Positions 20,990 through 31,133 of a stretch of DNA of 64,000 nt are shown here, one piece after another. The stretch spans positions 1,261,910 to 1,325,909 of the forward strand of contig JAHPZH010000002.1 in NCBI GenBank assembly GCA_019058315.1, given 5' to 3'. The notes below the pieces were generated by a model, which was given only the letters and a program-made list of their open reading frames with translations, was not told the origin of the DNA and ran no database searches. The position numbers and the translations under genes are program-made. Source of the DNA: Candidatus Helarchaeota archaeon. GTDB taxonomy: Archaea > Asgardarchaeota > Lokiarchaeia > Helarchaeales > RDOG01. How positions within the stretch are numbered: the stretch's first letter is position 1; each line of letters begins with the position of its first letter.

Positions 20990-21973
20990 CTATTTAAAAC
21001 CTTCTACCTTAATACTTGTTACTATACCCGCATAATCTTGTATGGTTTCTTTCGTTATGCCTAGTTTTTTAATAACTTCATCTACAATTGGATCATTTAT
21101 TATGAAGTCAATTGGAAAGGTAGTTTCACCTTTAATATTAACATTCTTAAAACCTGCATTTTTTATAGCATCAAGATACTCATTTTTTAATACTGCACCA
21201 GCAACACAACCAACATAAGCTTCTACGGAGTTTCTGATGAAATCAGGGAGCTCTTTCATTAAAACAATATCTGAAATCATTATTCTCCCTCCAGTTTTTA
21301 AAACTCTATAAGCTTCTTTAAATACTCTTTCTTTATTTGGAGAGAGATTTATTACACAATTCGAAATAATAACATCAACCGAGTTATCAGCTAGTGGTAA
21401 ATTTTCAATTTCTCCAAGTCTAAATTCTACATTTTCATAATTGCCTTTTTTAGCATTCTCTCTGGCATTATCAAGCATTTCTGGTGTCATATCTACACCG
21501 ATAACTTTTCCAGACTTTCCAACTTTATTGGCCGCAAGAAAACTATCGAATCCGGCACCTGATCCTAAGTCAAGAACGAATTCTCCTTCTTTTAAAGACG
21601 CCAAAGCAGTAGGATTTCCACAACCTAATCCGAGATTTGCACCTTCAGGGACAGATTTTAATTCTTCATTAGAATATCCTATTTTTTTACTGATTGTTTC
21701 TGTTAATTGGTCTGTTCCACAACAAGATGTAATTTTAGATTTTCTTTCACCTGTAGCGGTTTTAGCATAACTTTCCCTAACCATAGATCTTATTTCGCTA
21801 TCTTTTAATTTATGAATGTTCTCATGTTTAATCTTATCAACTTCTACATCGTGTGTGTGTCCACAAGTATTTGTAGGTCCACAGCAAGACCCCATATCTT
21901 TAAATTCTTTAAAGAATTTTTCATATAATTCTTTGTCTTTTTTCTTTTCTTCATCTTCATTCATATTTTTCAC
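20990..21973 (-). CDS. arsM: Arsenite methyltransferase
   Basis: [32 protein letters not shown]. Confidence 0.92.
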   Translation of the reverse strand: MKNMNEDEEKKKDKELYEKFFKEFKDMGSCCGPTNTCGHTHDVEVDKIKHENIHKLKDSEIRSMVRESYAKTATGERKSKITSCCGTDQLTETISKKIGYSNEELKSVPEGANLGLGCGNPTALASLKEGEFVLDLGSGAGFDSFLAANKVGKSGKVIGVDMTPEMLDNARENAKKGNYENVEFRLGEIENLPLADNSVDVIISNCVINLSPNKERVFKEAYRVLKTGGRIMISDIVLMKELPDFIRNSVEAYVGCVAGAVLKNEYLDAIKNAGFKNVNIKGETTFPIDFIINDPIVDEVIKKLGITKETIQDYAGIVTSIKVEGFK

Positions 21974-21981
21974 CTCAGATA

Positions 21982-22272
21982 CTATTCAAATAAACCTTTC
22001 ATAATTGGTCCTAGCAAATTTTTTGCTCCCTCTAAAAAATATTCTGCTTTGATTAATGTCAAACAACAAACTTCTCCTTCAGATTCCCCGCTAATTAAAA
22101 CAAATTTTTCTCCTGGTTTTAAATTAGCTTTCTCCCTTACATCCTTCGGAAGAAGAATCTGCCCTCTCTTATCAACTTCCACAATTGCGTCAACTTTAAC
22201 ACACTTAGAACCGTTAAGCATCTTGCTAGTTTCACAACAAGCATTATTTATTTCATTTTTTTCCTTAGACAA
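21982..22272 (-). CDS. AbrB/MazE-type DNA-binding protein with Cys pairs
   Basis: [24 protein letters not shown]; CC pairs at the N-terminus and in 'EVCCLTLIK'. Confidence 0.82.
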   Translation of the reverse strand: MSKEKNEINNACCETSKMLNGSKCVKVDAIVEVDKRGQILLPKDVREKANLKPGEKFVLISGESEGEVCCLTLIKAEYFLEGAKNLLGPIMKGLFE

Positions 22273-22302
22273 TGTTTCACCTTCAGAGAGGATAAAGAAA
22301 TT

Positions 22303-22370
22303 TTTTATATAAAACTTTCGGAAAAATCAGATATTTCTGAAAAATCCACATTTCCGCAAAATTACGAAAT
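22303..22370 (-). promoter_or_regulatory. TATA-like box plus imperfect 17-18 bp tandem repeats; candidate operator of the abrB-arsM unit
   Basis: TTTTATATAAAA at 22303-22314; TTTCGGAAAAATCAGATA / TTTCTGAAAAATCCACA / TTTCCGCAAAATTACGAAA from 22316. Confidence 0.5.
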
Positions 22371-22440
22371 TTATAAAAACGACATGCTAATTAAATTGAA
22401 AATTATTACATATTTACATCTGAGAAGTTGAGGATAAATT

Positions 22441-23538
22441 ATGAATTTAATAATTATAGAGGACCCATTAAGAGAATTAATAATTGGCATAAACTATTTC
22501 ATACAAATATTAATATTTCAAATGGGTTTATTATTTATTAAACAATGGAAAAGCGGATTTAGAAAACAATCCCATAATAGAGTTGTTCTAAGTTATGGTT
22601 TTTATTATATCTTTTTAGCTATAAGTATTTTCTTCAATACTTTTTTCTACTATCAAGGACTCTCTAATCTTGCTTATGATAGGGTTCTTATCCTTTCTGC
22701 TTTCATAAGAGGAATAGGTGGAACATTATTTTCAATTAATATAGAAAATTTTATTCAAAAAGTTTTAAAAACGAGGTATTTATTTTCAATTTTCTTTATT
22801 ATTATATTGTTTGTAGTTCCATTATTTCAAAATAACCCACTTCTCTATCAAACCTTAAATTTCTTTAATTTATTCTATTTTTCGCTTCCATTTATTTTTA
22901 CATTATTTTTTATAAGAAATACCTTTGATGAAGTTAGGAAAAAATTAAAAATTTCCTTGTTTGGGATCGTTTTATTATTTTTAGGCATCTCTTTTTCTAC
23001 AGAAACACGCTTAGAATGGATCACAAGTATAATTCCTAATATTTCTCTCGTTAAAATTATTTTTCAACTAGTATCTGTTTTCGGAATTTTCCTTTTCTCT
23101 TATGGTGTTGCTGGATATTCATTTTCTTTAGAATTACAGTGGCAAAATAATTTGATATCTTTGTATATTATCGATATAAAAAGTAATTTCTGCCTTTATA
23201 ATAAAAATTATCTTGAGAGTGAGATTAAAAGTGAGCAAATATTTGCTGGGGGAATTGCTGGAGTTATAAAAATTATTAAAAAATTCACGAGTTCGCATAA
23301 AAACCTTGATGTTATTCATATAGAAAATAAATTTATTTTAATAGAATTCGGAAAGAATATTATTACAGCAATGATAATTAAAAAGAATTTATTAAATGCA
23401 AGATATATTTTGAAAGAAATTACAAGAATGTTTGAGTTCTATTTCTGGGATTATTTAGAAAATAGAGATTTAATAGCTGATAAATCAGAAATTTTTAAAC
23501 CAATGGAAATTATAATGAGAAATCTAATAAAATTATAA
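22441..23538 (+). CDS. 7TM-longin fusion protein, type A copy 1
   Basis: 7 hydrophobic segments; C-terminal longin-like domain (LYIID...IFAGGIAG...FILIEFGK...FEFYF). Confidence 0.8.
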   Translation: MNLIIIEDPLRELIIGINYFIQILIFQMGLLFIKQWKSGFRKQSHNRVVLSYGFYYIFLAISIFFNTFFYYQGLSNLAYDRVLILSAFIRGIGGTLFSINIENFIQKVLKTRYLFSIFFIIILFVVPLFQNNPLLYQTLNFFNLFYFSLPFIFTLFFIRNTFDEVRKKLKISLFGIVLLFLGISFSTETRLEWITSIIPNISLVKIIFQLVSVFGIFLFSYGVAGYSFSLELQWQNNLISLYIIDIKSNFCLYNKNYLESEIKSEQIFAGGIAGVIKIIKKFTSSHKNLDVIHIENKFILIEFGKNIITAMIIKKNLLNARYILKEITRMFEFYFWDYLENRDLIADKSEIFKPMEIIMRNLIKL

Positions 23539-23551
23539 TTAGGATTCAAAA

Positions 23552-24622
23552 ATGACGTCTTATCCAATATTCGGACATTATAGAGGAATATTATTACCTC
23601 TTGAAATAATTATGACTGGTATAATTCTGGAAATCTCGGCATTTTTTTTCCTCAGATATTTAAAAAATAGAAAAGAATCGAGACCATCTGTGGTTGAACT
23701 AAGTTGGGGAATTCTCTTTTTAAGTTTTGGAATAGCATATGTAATTTATATAATTGGTGATTTCTTTTTTGTAAGTCGTGAATTTTTTCTTCTTCTTGCA
23801 TATACTTCTTTAACTATTGGTGGATTCCTCTATGCATATCAAGTTGAATCTTCTAAGATCATAAAAACAAAGTTTTTCTTCACTGGATTTACACTTCTTG
23901 TATTATTTCTATTTTTTTTAACAGTATTTATTGCTCCAACCTGGATTCAAACAGTCGCAAGCATAGCAGTTTTCCCTGCATATTCAATATTATTGATATA
24001 TTTTATAAAAATATTTCAAAAAATATGGGTTAGATATAAATTACACATAATAGGTCTATTTGCTGGTTTCTTTCTTTGGTTCTTAGGGTACACAGCAGTC
24101 TCAGATACGTCGATTGCACTTTTTAATACTTTAGATATCCGAATTTTTGGGGATTTTATAATTATAATTGGAATGATAATACTTGGTTTATCCTTAAATG
24201 CGATTCCTTCTTTGAATGAAATCGGATGGTCAGACCAGATCAAATATATTCTTCTAATCCATCAATCTGGAATCTGTTTATATAATGAAAATTTTAAGGA
24301 AAAGAGAGAAATAAATCAAAATGTTTTGGGAGGTGCTTTAGCAGCAGTAAAATTAATAATGGAAGAAAATTTGAAAAGAAAAGAAAAATTAAAAATGATT
24401 TCTAAGGCTGGGGATGTTTTTTTAATTGAAGAGGGTGAATATACTATTGGAACTTTAGTAGTTTCCCAAGAATTAGAAATTTTAAAATATTTTCTAAAAA
24501 AGGTTATTCAGCAATTTGAAGATTTTTTTAATGAATTTTTAAAGAAATGGGATGGGAATATAAAGGTATTTAAACCAGCGAAAGGGATCATTAATAAAAT
24601 ATTTTCAATTGAAAAGACATAA
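23552..24622 (+). CDS. 7TM-longin fusion protein, type B copy 1
   Basis: 7 TM; longin-like domain (LLIHQSGICLY...LGGAL...FEDFF...WDGNIKVF). Confidence 0.8.
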   Translation: MTSYPIFGHYRGILLPLEIIMTGIILEISAFFFLRYLKNRKESRPSVVELSWGILFLSFGIAYVIYIIGDFFFVSREFFLLLAYTSLTIGGFLYAYQVESSKIIKTKFFFTGFTLLVLFLFFLTVFIAPTWIQTVASIAVFPAYSILLIYFIKIFQKIWVRYKLHIIGLFAGFFLWFLGYTAVSDTSIALFNTLDIRIFGDFIIIIGMIILGLSLNAIPSLNEIGWSDQIKYILLIHQSGICLYNENFKEKREINQNVLGGALAAVKLIMEENLKRKEKLKMISKAGDVFLIEEGEYTIGTLVVSQELEILKYFLKKVIQQFEDFFNEFLKKWDGNIKVFKPAKGIINKIFSIEKT

Positions 24623-24645
24623 ATTATTAAATATTTCGAAATTAT

Positions 24646-25086
24646 TTATTTGGATATTCTTTTCATTCTCCCTTTATTGAGAATTGCATAAACTCCTTCA
24701 CCTATAGCACAAACAACCCCCTCCCTGTTAATAACTTCTGAAAAGAGTCTAACTTCCTTTTTATTCTTATTTTTCACTTGGGACTTAATAGTGATCCTCT
24801 CGTTAATAAAAATCGGTCGTTTAAACTTAACATTCAACTCTTTTGTTACACCAACTAAATTTGCTATATGTAGAACGGTCCAACTCATTGCTTCATCCAT
24901 GACCGAGCTAATTATTCCTCCATGGACTAATTGTTCCCATCCACAAAGTTCCTTTTTAGGAGTGAATTCTGTAACTATAAAGGAATTGTCCTCTATAAAG
25001 AACTTTAGTTTTAAACCGATAGGGTTATTTTGACCACACACGAAACAATAACTTTCACCATTTCCAGATGGGATTTCTTTTCGCAT
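24646..25086 (-). CDS. PaaI-family hotdog thioesterase
   Basis: CFVCGQNNPIGL, HGGIISSVMDEAM. Confidence 0.9.
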   Translation of the reverse strand: MRKEIPSGNGESYCFVCGQNNPIGLKLKFFIEDNSFIVTEFTPKKELCGWEQLVHGGIISSVMDEAMSWTVLHIANLVGVTKELNVKFKRPIFINERITIKSQVKNKNKKEVRLFSEVINREGVVCAIGEGVYAILNKGRMKRISK

Positions 25087-25193
25087 TTTATTAAGCTCAC
25101 ATTAACATTTTTTTATAATCTATATAATTTCGAAATAATAAGCTTTTAATTCTATAAATAATTAATATTCTGAAAATATCCAACTTTATAGAA

Positions 25194-26309
25194 TTGGGAA
25201 GTCAAATGGAATTATCTTATCGAGATCCTTTCAATGAAATCTCTATTGGTTTGAATTACGTAATTGCCGTATTCCTTCTGGAATTGGGAGTAATATTTAT
25301 TAAGCAATGGATTTTTGAGAGAAAGAAACAAGTAAAAAACGAATTTGGACTAGGTTATGGAATATATTTTTTAACTTTTTCAATAAGCAGTTTTCTATAT
25401 TTTTACATTATCGATCATGATATGTCTAAACAAGTTTTCGATTCATCTTTCATCTTAAGCATATTAATAAGAGGGATTGGTGGATTATTTTTTGCAATTA
25501 ATTTAGAATATCATGTTCAAAAGGTGTTAAAAACAAGATATCTTTTCTCGATTTCATCGATTATTTTGTTACCTATCATTACTTTTTCTTTAGATACCAC
25601 TTTCTTTTATCGGGTTCTAGATATATTTGATATTTTTCATTTGATTCTTCCTATTTATTTTACTAGTTATTTTATAAGAAATGCATTCGGTGAGATAAGA
25701 CAAAAGTTGAAATTTTCAGTATCGGGGTTCCTTTTATTTTTCATAACTTTGACCTTTTCTTCAAAATTACGTATAGAAATAATCGAAATTATATTTTCCT
25801 TTGCAAATATTATAATTTTTCTTTCTAAATTAATAGCAATATTGGCGATTTTTTTTGTTCTTTATGGTTTTACAGGATATTCATTTTATTTGGAAACACA
25901 ATGGAAAAATAATTTGATCTCCATACATATAATTAAAAGGAAAGAAAGAGTTAGCTTATATAATAGGAATTTTTTAAGTAGTGAGATACAGAGTGAAGCA
26001 TTATTTGCAGGTGGAATCACAGGAATGGTAAAAATAGTTAGTGATTTTACAGATTCCAATAAAACTCTCCAAGAAATTAATGTAGAGGATAAATTGATTT
26101 TATTAGAATTTGGGAAATACATTATTACAGGAATGATTATTAAAAAAAGGGTGTTAAATGCTAGATATATTTTAAAAGAAATAACTTCAAAATTTGAGTT
26201 TTATTTCCGTGAATATTTAGAAAATTACGAATTATTTTCTAGTTCATATACCCAAGCAGAACTATTTCGACCAATGGAAATGGTCATTAGAAATTTAATA
26301 AAAATGTAA
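25194..26309 (+). CDS. 7TM-longin fusion protein, type A copy 2 (likely start ATG 25206)
   Basis: Paralog of 22441 (QKVLKTRYLFSI, NARYILKEIT, FEFYF, RNLIK). Confidence 0.8.
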   Translation: MGSQMELSYRDPFNEISIGLNYVIAVFLLELGVIFIKQWIFERKKQVKNEFGLGYGIYFLTFSISSFLYFYIIDHDMSKQVFDSSFILSILIRGIGGLFFAINLEYHVQKVLKTRYLFSISSIILLPIITFSLDTTFFYRVLDIFDIFHLILPIYFTSYFIRNAFGEIRQKLKFSVSGFLLFFITLTFSSKLRIEIIEIIFSFANIIIFLSKLIAILAIFFVLYGFTGYSFYLETQWKNNLISIHIIKRKERVSLYNRNFLSSEIQSEALFAGGITGMVKIVSDFTDSNKTLQEINVEDKLILLEFGKYIITGMIIKKRVLNARYILKEITSKFEFYFREYLENYELFSSSYTQAELFRPMEMVIRNLIKM

Positions 26310-26322
26310 TTTAGATGGTAAA

Positions 26323-27396
26323 ATGGTTGATTTTCCGATAGTTGGACCATATAGGGACTTACTGATGGCATTGGAACTAATTATTATATTCATTGTATTA
26401 CAAAATTCGTTATATTTTTTTCAAAAATATCGTAATAATAAAAAAAATGAAGTTCCTTCGTTTGTTGAATTTGATTGGGGTATAATTTTTCTAACATATG
26501 CGATAACGAGTATTGCTTATATTTTCAGTGCGTTTTTTTATGTTATTCGAGTTCATTTTCTTTTCATCGGTTATATTTCTGTAGCAACTGGAGGTTTAAT
26601 ATTTTCATATAGTGTAGAATCAACAAAAACTGTTAATACAAAATATTTCTTCACGCTTTTTACTACTTGTGTTATAATCCTACTAATAACTATTTTTGTA
26701 GTTGCCGAATCATTATTGCAAACATTTGCATATTTAGCTATGGGTCCCGCATTTACATTATTATTTTTCTACTTTTTTAAAGTGAGTAAGAAACTTTGGA
26801 CTGGATATAAACTGCATTCAATAGGTTTATTTCTCGGAGTTACTCTATGGTTTGTAGGATATATGGGAACTTCGGATGTGGCAGTTGGATTATTTGGGGG
26901 GTTATATATTAGGGTAATAGGAGACCTAGGAATAATATGTGGAATGCTATTAATCGGAATTTTCTTGAATTATATACCCTCCTTGTCTGAAATTGGTTGG
27001 CAACAAAAAATCAAATATATTCTTATATTAACTCATTCAGGAATTTGCGTATATAATGAAAACTTTAGAGAAAAAAGAGAATTACGCGAAATTATTTTAG
27101 CGGGAGCTCTATCTGGTATTAAATTGTATATGGAAGAAACTCTAAAAAGTTTTCCAAAATTAAAAACGATTTCCAAAGAAAATGAAGTGTTTTTATTAGA
27201 AGAGGGTAAATATATTATTGGAGTTTTAGTAGTTGAACAAGAATTAGAAATTTTAAAATACTTTTTGAAAAAAATAGTGTATGAATTTGAAGAATTTTTT
27301 CAAGATATCTTAAAAAATTGGAATGGGGATACTAATATTTTCAAACCTACTAAAAATATCGTCAATAATATCTTGTCTATTGAAAAATATATTTAA
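26323..27396 (+). CDS. 7TM-longin fusion protein, type B copy 2
   Basis: Paralog of 23552 (PSL.EIGW, YNENF.EKRE, QELEILKYFLKK). Confidence 0.8.
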   Translation: MVDFPIVGPYRDLLMALELIIIFIVLQNSLYFFQKYRNNKKNEVPSFVEFDWGIIFLTYAITSIAYIFSAFFYVIRVHFLFIGYISVATGGLIFSYSVESTKTVNTKYFFTLFTTCVIILLITIFVVAESLLQTFAYLAMGPAFTLLFFYFFKVSKKLWTGYKLHSIGLFLGVTLWFVGYMGTSDVAVGLFGGLYIRVIGDLGIICGMLLIGIFLNYIPSLSEIGWQQKIKYILILTHSGICVYNENFREKRELREIILAGALSGIKLYMEETLKSFPKLKTISKENEVFLLEEGKYIIGVLVVEQELEILKYFLKKIVYEFEEFFQDILKNWNGDTNIFKPTKNIVNNILSIEKYI

Positions 27397-27434
27397 TTTC
27401 AAAAATTTACTTTCAAAATCAAATACTATCAATA

Positions 27435-27460
27435 ATTTCGCTCTAGCGAAATCTTTTTTT
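27435..27460 (+). terminator. Hairpin ATTTCGCT-CT-AGCGAAAT followed by a T tract
   Basis: Perfect inverted repeat plus oligo-T downstream of the 27396 stop; could alternatively be an operator. Confidence 0.45.
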
Positions 27461-27517
27461 GATTAATAATGTATTTGAAAACATGATAAGAAATTCAAAT
27501 TATGGGAGTTAATTCAA

Positions 27518-28588
27518 TTGATACAATTTCCAATTCAAGGTTCATTTAGAGAGATTATATTAATGGTTGAGATGATTATTGTTGTTTTGAATATTCAATT
27601 TGCGATAATATTTTTGAATCGGTATCTAAAACAAAAAGGGGTTAAAAATAATATGTATATAGCTTGGACAATACTATTTTTTTGCTTTGCAATTACTTAT
27701 TTCCTATTTATATTAACTGATTTCTATGTTTCTCCCAACGATCGCCCATTTTTTTTAAATATTAGCTATATTTTTATAGGTTCTGGTCAAACTTTATTAT
27801 TTTACAATATAGAAAGAGAAATGAAATCAGAAAAATATATTTTTACAAAGATTGTTTTAGGAGTTTTATCTTTCTTTATTATCAATACTATTTTTAATTT
27901 AATATATTCAACTCCCTTCTCTACAATTTATTGGGGGTTATTTTTCGTTCTTTTAATCATTTTTGGTAATAAATATTTAACCAGAATTAGACAAACTTGG
28001 AAATTGAATATATATGGCTTCATAATAGGGGCAACATTAACAATTATAGGGTGGGGGGGAATATCTGATTTAGGTATGAGTATTTTAGGTATAGAATTTC
28101 GTTTATTTGGTGATTTGTTTATAATTACCGGAACAAGTTTAATGACCCTATTTTTCGTTGGTTTACCTCGTCTATCTGAGATCGATTACTTCGAGAAAGT
28201 TAAAAGGATTTTTATAATGCATAATTCAGGAATACCAATATTCGAGCAAACTTTTAAAAAAGAACAAGATTTTAAAGAAACTGATTTAAGATCTTCACTA
28301 TTTGCGGGGGGATTGACCACAGTATCACAATGGATTACGGATTTAATCCAAAGTAAAGGTCACTTGGAGATAGTCGATCATGGAGATGTAAAAATAATTT
28401 TTGAATATGGTAAATATACAATAAATGTTTTAATTGTTGAAGAAGTGCTTAATATTTTAAAAAACAAATTGAAAACAATCACAAATGAAGTTGAGAATCT
28501 ATATCAAGACATTCTTCCAACTTGGGAGGGAGATATGTCTCCGTTTGAATTGTTAAAAAATATAATTCAACAAAATTTTGAAATTTAA
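27518..28588 (+). CDS. 7TM-longin fusion protein, type C copy 1
   Basis: 7 TM; longin-like domain (IMHNSGIPI, LFAGGLT, DVKIIFEYG, WEGD). Confidence 0.8.
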   Translation: MIQFPIQGSFREIILMVEMIIVVLNIQFAIIFLNRYLKQKGVKNNMYIAWTILFFCFAITYFLFILTDFYVSPNDRPFFLNISYIFIGSGQTLLFYNIEREMKSEKYIFTKIVLGVLSFFIINTIFNLIYSTPFSTIYWGLFFVLLIIFGNKYLTRIRQTWKLNIYGFIIGATLTIIGWGGISDLGMSILGIEFRLFGDLFIITGTSLMTLFFVGLPRLSEIDYFEKVKRIFIMHNSGIPIFEQTFKKEQDFKETDLRSSLFAGGLTTVSQWITDLIQSKGHLEIVDHGDVKIIFEYGKYTINVLIVEEVLNILKNKLKTITNEVENLYQDILPTWEGDMSPFELLKNIIQQNFEI

Positions 28589-28616
28589 TTTGGTTTAATT
28601 TCCTAAGTGAAGTAAA

Positions 28617-29735
28617 ATGTTACAATTACTATTAGAAAGAATCCCACCACTAATCAGAGAATCAAACTTCCCTTTAGAAGGTCTATTTAGAGAGCCACTT
28701 TTAATTCTTGAAGGAATTATTATTCTTTTAACATTTCAATATGGAATTTATTTCTTCTATAAATTTGCAAAAGAAGAGAGGGAAAAAAATTATATGATAA
28801 GAGCTTGGGCTACTTTCTTTCTAAGCTATACCTGTAATATTATCTTTTTTCTTATTAGCGATTTCTTTTCAACTATATATTATATTCGCCAAATATATAT
28901 TGACTTTGGATATATTATATTGGGACTTGGAGCGTTATTCTTTTCATATAATGCAGAACGTGAAATGCAGCAAAAAAAACATTTTTTCACAATAATTCTA
29001 ACAATATTATTAGGCCTACTCATTTTAGATACAATTTTATTAGTTGCTCCCCCTGGCGTTATAGCATTATTTGTGAATATACCATTTATTTTTGTATTAT
29101 TACTATATATTATAAAATTTACATCCAAAATAAAAGAAAAATGGAGATTAAATATATATGGTTTTTTAATTGGTATGTGCATCTGGATTTCTGGATATGC
29201 ACTTGTTACAGATCTAATGGTTAATTCATTTGGTACAATTGCAAGATTTATTGGAGATATTTTAATTATAATTGGTATAAGCTTAATATCACTTCTATTC
29301 ATCGGATTGCCTAGTCTGACAGAGTTTGAATGGCCAAAAAAAATGAAAAAAATATATGTAATGCATAAATCGGGAAAATATATCTCTGATTACAATTTTC
29401 AAGAGAATTTAACTGGAACTGAAGAATACAAAGATTTACCCAAATTAATCACAGGTGGATTGACAGGTATAAATAAATTAATTGATGAAATTGTCCATAG
29501 CAAAGAAGGTTTAAAAATTATGGATCATAAAGATGTAAAAATAATTTTTCAATACGGAACTTATCTTATAGCTGTGATTATCGTGGATGAAGCATTAGAT
29601 ATATATAAAACAAAACTAAAGAAAATGATAGATTATTTAGAAATGCTCTACGAGACCTATCTCCCCACTTGGGATGGAGATTTAACCCAATTTCTAATTA
29701 TTAAGCCTATAATAAAACGCTTCTTTACATTATAA
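28617..29735 (+). CDS. 7TM-longin fusion protein, type C copy 2
   Basis: Paralog of 27518 (W.LNIYGF.IG, VMHKSG, DVKIIFQYG, WDGD). Confidence 0.8.
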   Translation: MLQLLLERIPPLIRESNFPLEGLFREPLLILEGIIILLTFQYGIYFFYKFAKEEREKNYMIRAWATFFLSYTCNIIFFLISDFFSTIYYIRQIYIDFGYIILGLGALFFSYNAEREMQQKKHFFTIILTILLGLLILDTILLVAPPGVIALFVNIPFIFVLLLYIIKFTSKIKEKWRLNIYGFLIGMCIWISGYALVTDLMVNSFGTIARFIGDILIIIGISLISLLFIGLPSLTEFEWPKKMKKIYVMHKSGKYISDYNFQENLTGTEEYKDLPKLITGGLTGINKLIDEIVHSKEGLKIMDHKDVKIIFQYGTYLIAVIIVDEALDIYKTKLKKMIDYLEMLYETYLPTWDGDLTQFLIIKPIIKRFFTL

Positions 29736-29786
29736 TTCTTTATTATTTAATTGGGATAATGATTAATTTAATTCAAGAGTTATTAA

Positions 29787-30317
29787 TTAAACAGATGTTT
29801 TACTCAAAATTATTTTTGCAAAGTTATAAAAGGCTTCGTTAATCATAATATCAGCTTTTGCAGAGGTTTCAAAAAAACCATCTGCTTGCAGCATTTGTGC
29901 TAATTGTTCTCCCTCTTCCTTGGTAATTTGTCTGCTATCTTCTAAATCAACTTTATTCCCAACAATAATGAAATGAGCATCATTTGTGAAAGATTTTAAA
30001 TCGCTATGCCAATTTGGTATATTTTCAAAAGAATCTCTATCTGTAATTGAATAGACTAATAATGCAGCTTGAGCACCTGCAGCATATTTTTTTCTCAATT
30101 CCTTAAATTGTTCTTGACCTCCAATATCAAAAATTACAAATGTAACAGAATAATCGCCACTTTCACTAATATCAATCTGTCTTTCATAAACATTATATCC
30201 CAAAGTTGATAAATATTGACCCTCAAATCTATTGTTAATATATCGCTCAACTAACGAGGTCTTACCAACCGCAGCGTTGCCAAAAAGTACTAATTTGAAT
30301 TTATATGAGGCCGCCAT
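29787..30317 (-). CDS. Rab-like small GTPase
   Basis: G1 GNAAVGKTS, G2 STLG, G3 DIGGQ, G4 NKVD, G5 ETSAK; no C-terminal Cys. Confidence 0.93.
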   Translation of the reverse strand: MAASYKFKLVLFGNAAVGKTSLVERYINNRFEGQYLSTLGYNVYERQIDISESGDYSVTFVIFDIGGQEQFKELRKKYAAGAQAALLVYSITDRDSFENIPNWHSDLKSFTNDAHFIIVGNKVDLEDSRQITKEEGEQLAQMLQADGFFETSAKADIMINEAFYNFAKIILSKTSV

Positions 30318-30546
30318 CTTTACTCTTCCTATAAAATTTTTTGACTTTCATTTTTTAATAGATTAAAGTAGATCTTATTAACTTAGGATAATATGTAGTT
30401 AAATTTTTTTAAAAATCTGATGAGAATTTATAATTAATAATATTTAATTATAAGAAATATGTAAAAATTTAATTTGAAATCAAAATTTGAGATTTAGACC
30501 TTTTAAATTTTACATCTAATTTGATGTTGGCTTTTTATATCAAAAT

Positions 30547-31056
30547 TTAACCCACAAGTACTTTAGCAAATGTCAAAAACGCGTGATCAATCCCTATATT
30601 TTCCTTTGCGGAAGTTTCAAAAAAACCATCTGCAAATAATTCCAATGATAAATCTTCCCCTTCTTGAATGGTAACAACCCTTTGATCTACTAAATCAACT
30701 TTATTTCCAATCAAAATAAATCGAGCACCATCAGTGAATTCCATTAAATCATTATACCAATTTCTAACATTTTCAAAAGAATCTCTGTTTGTAATGTCAT
30801 ACATTATAAGTGCTGCATTAGCTCCTTTCGAGTATTGCTTTCTCAATTCTGTAAATTGTTCTTGTCCACCAATATCAAAAATTAAAAATGATATTCGATT
30901 ATTACCCATTTCGATAATTTTTTCTAGCACATTATATCCTAATGTAGAAATATAATCTTCTTCAAATTTATTATTAACATACCTATTAACTATCGAAGTT
31001 TTTCCGACTGCCGCATTACCATATAAAATAATCTTGAATCTATAAGTAGGCTCCAT
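30547..31056 (-). CDS. Rab-like small GTPase, tandem paralog
   Basis: Same G1-G5 motifs; no C-terminal Cys. Confidence 0.93.
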   Translation of the reverse strand: MEPTYRFKIILYGNAAVGKTSIVNRYVNNKFEEDYISTLGYNVLEKIIEMGNNRISFLIFDIGGQEQFTELRKQYSKGANAALIMYDITNRDSFENVRNWYNDLMEFTDGARFILIGNKVDLVDQRVVTIQEGEDLSLELFADGFFETSAKENIGIDHAFLTFAKVLVG

Positions 31057-31133
31057 TATGATTACTCTCTATAGACTTTTTTTCCGTTTGTATTAGATTT
31101 ATTGTTAATTTAAATTTTTAGATAAAAAAGCAG

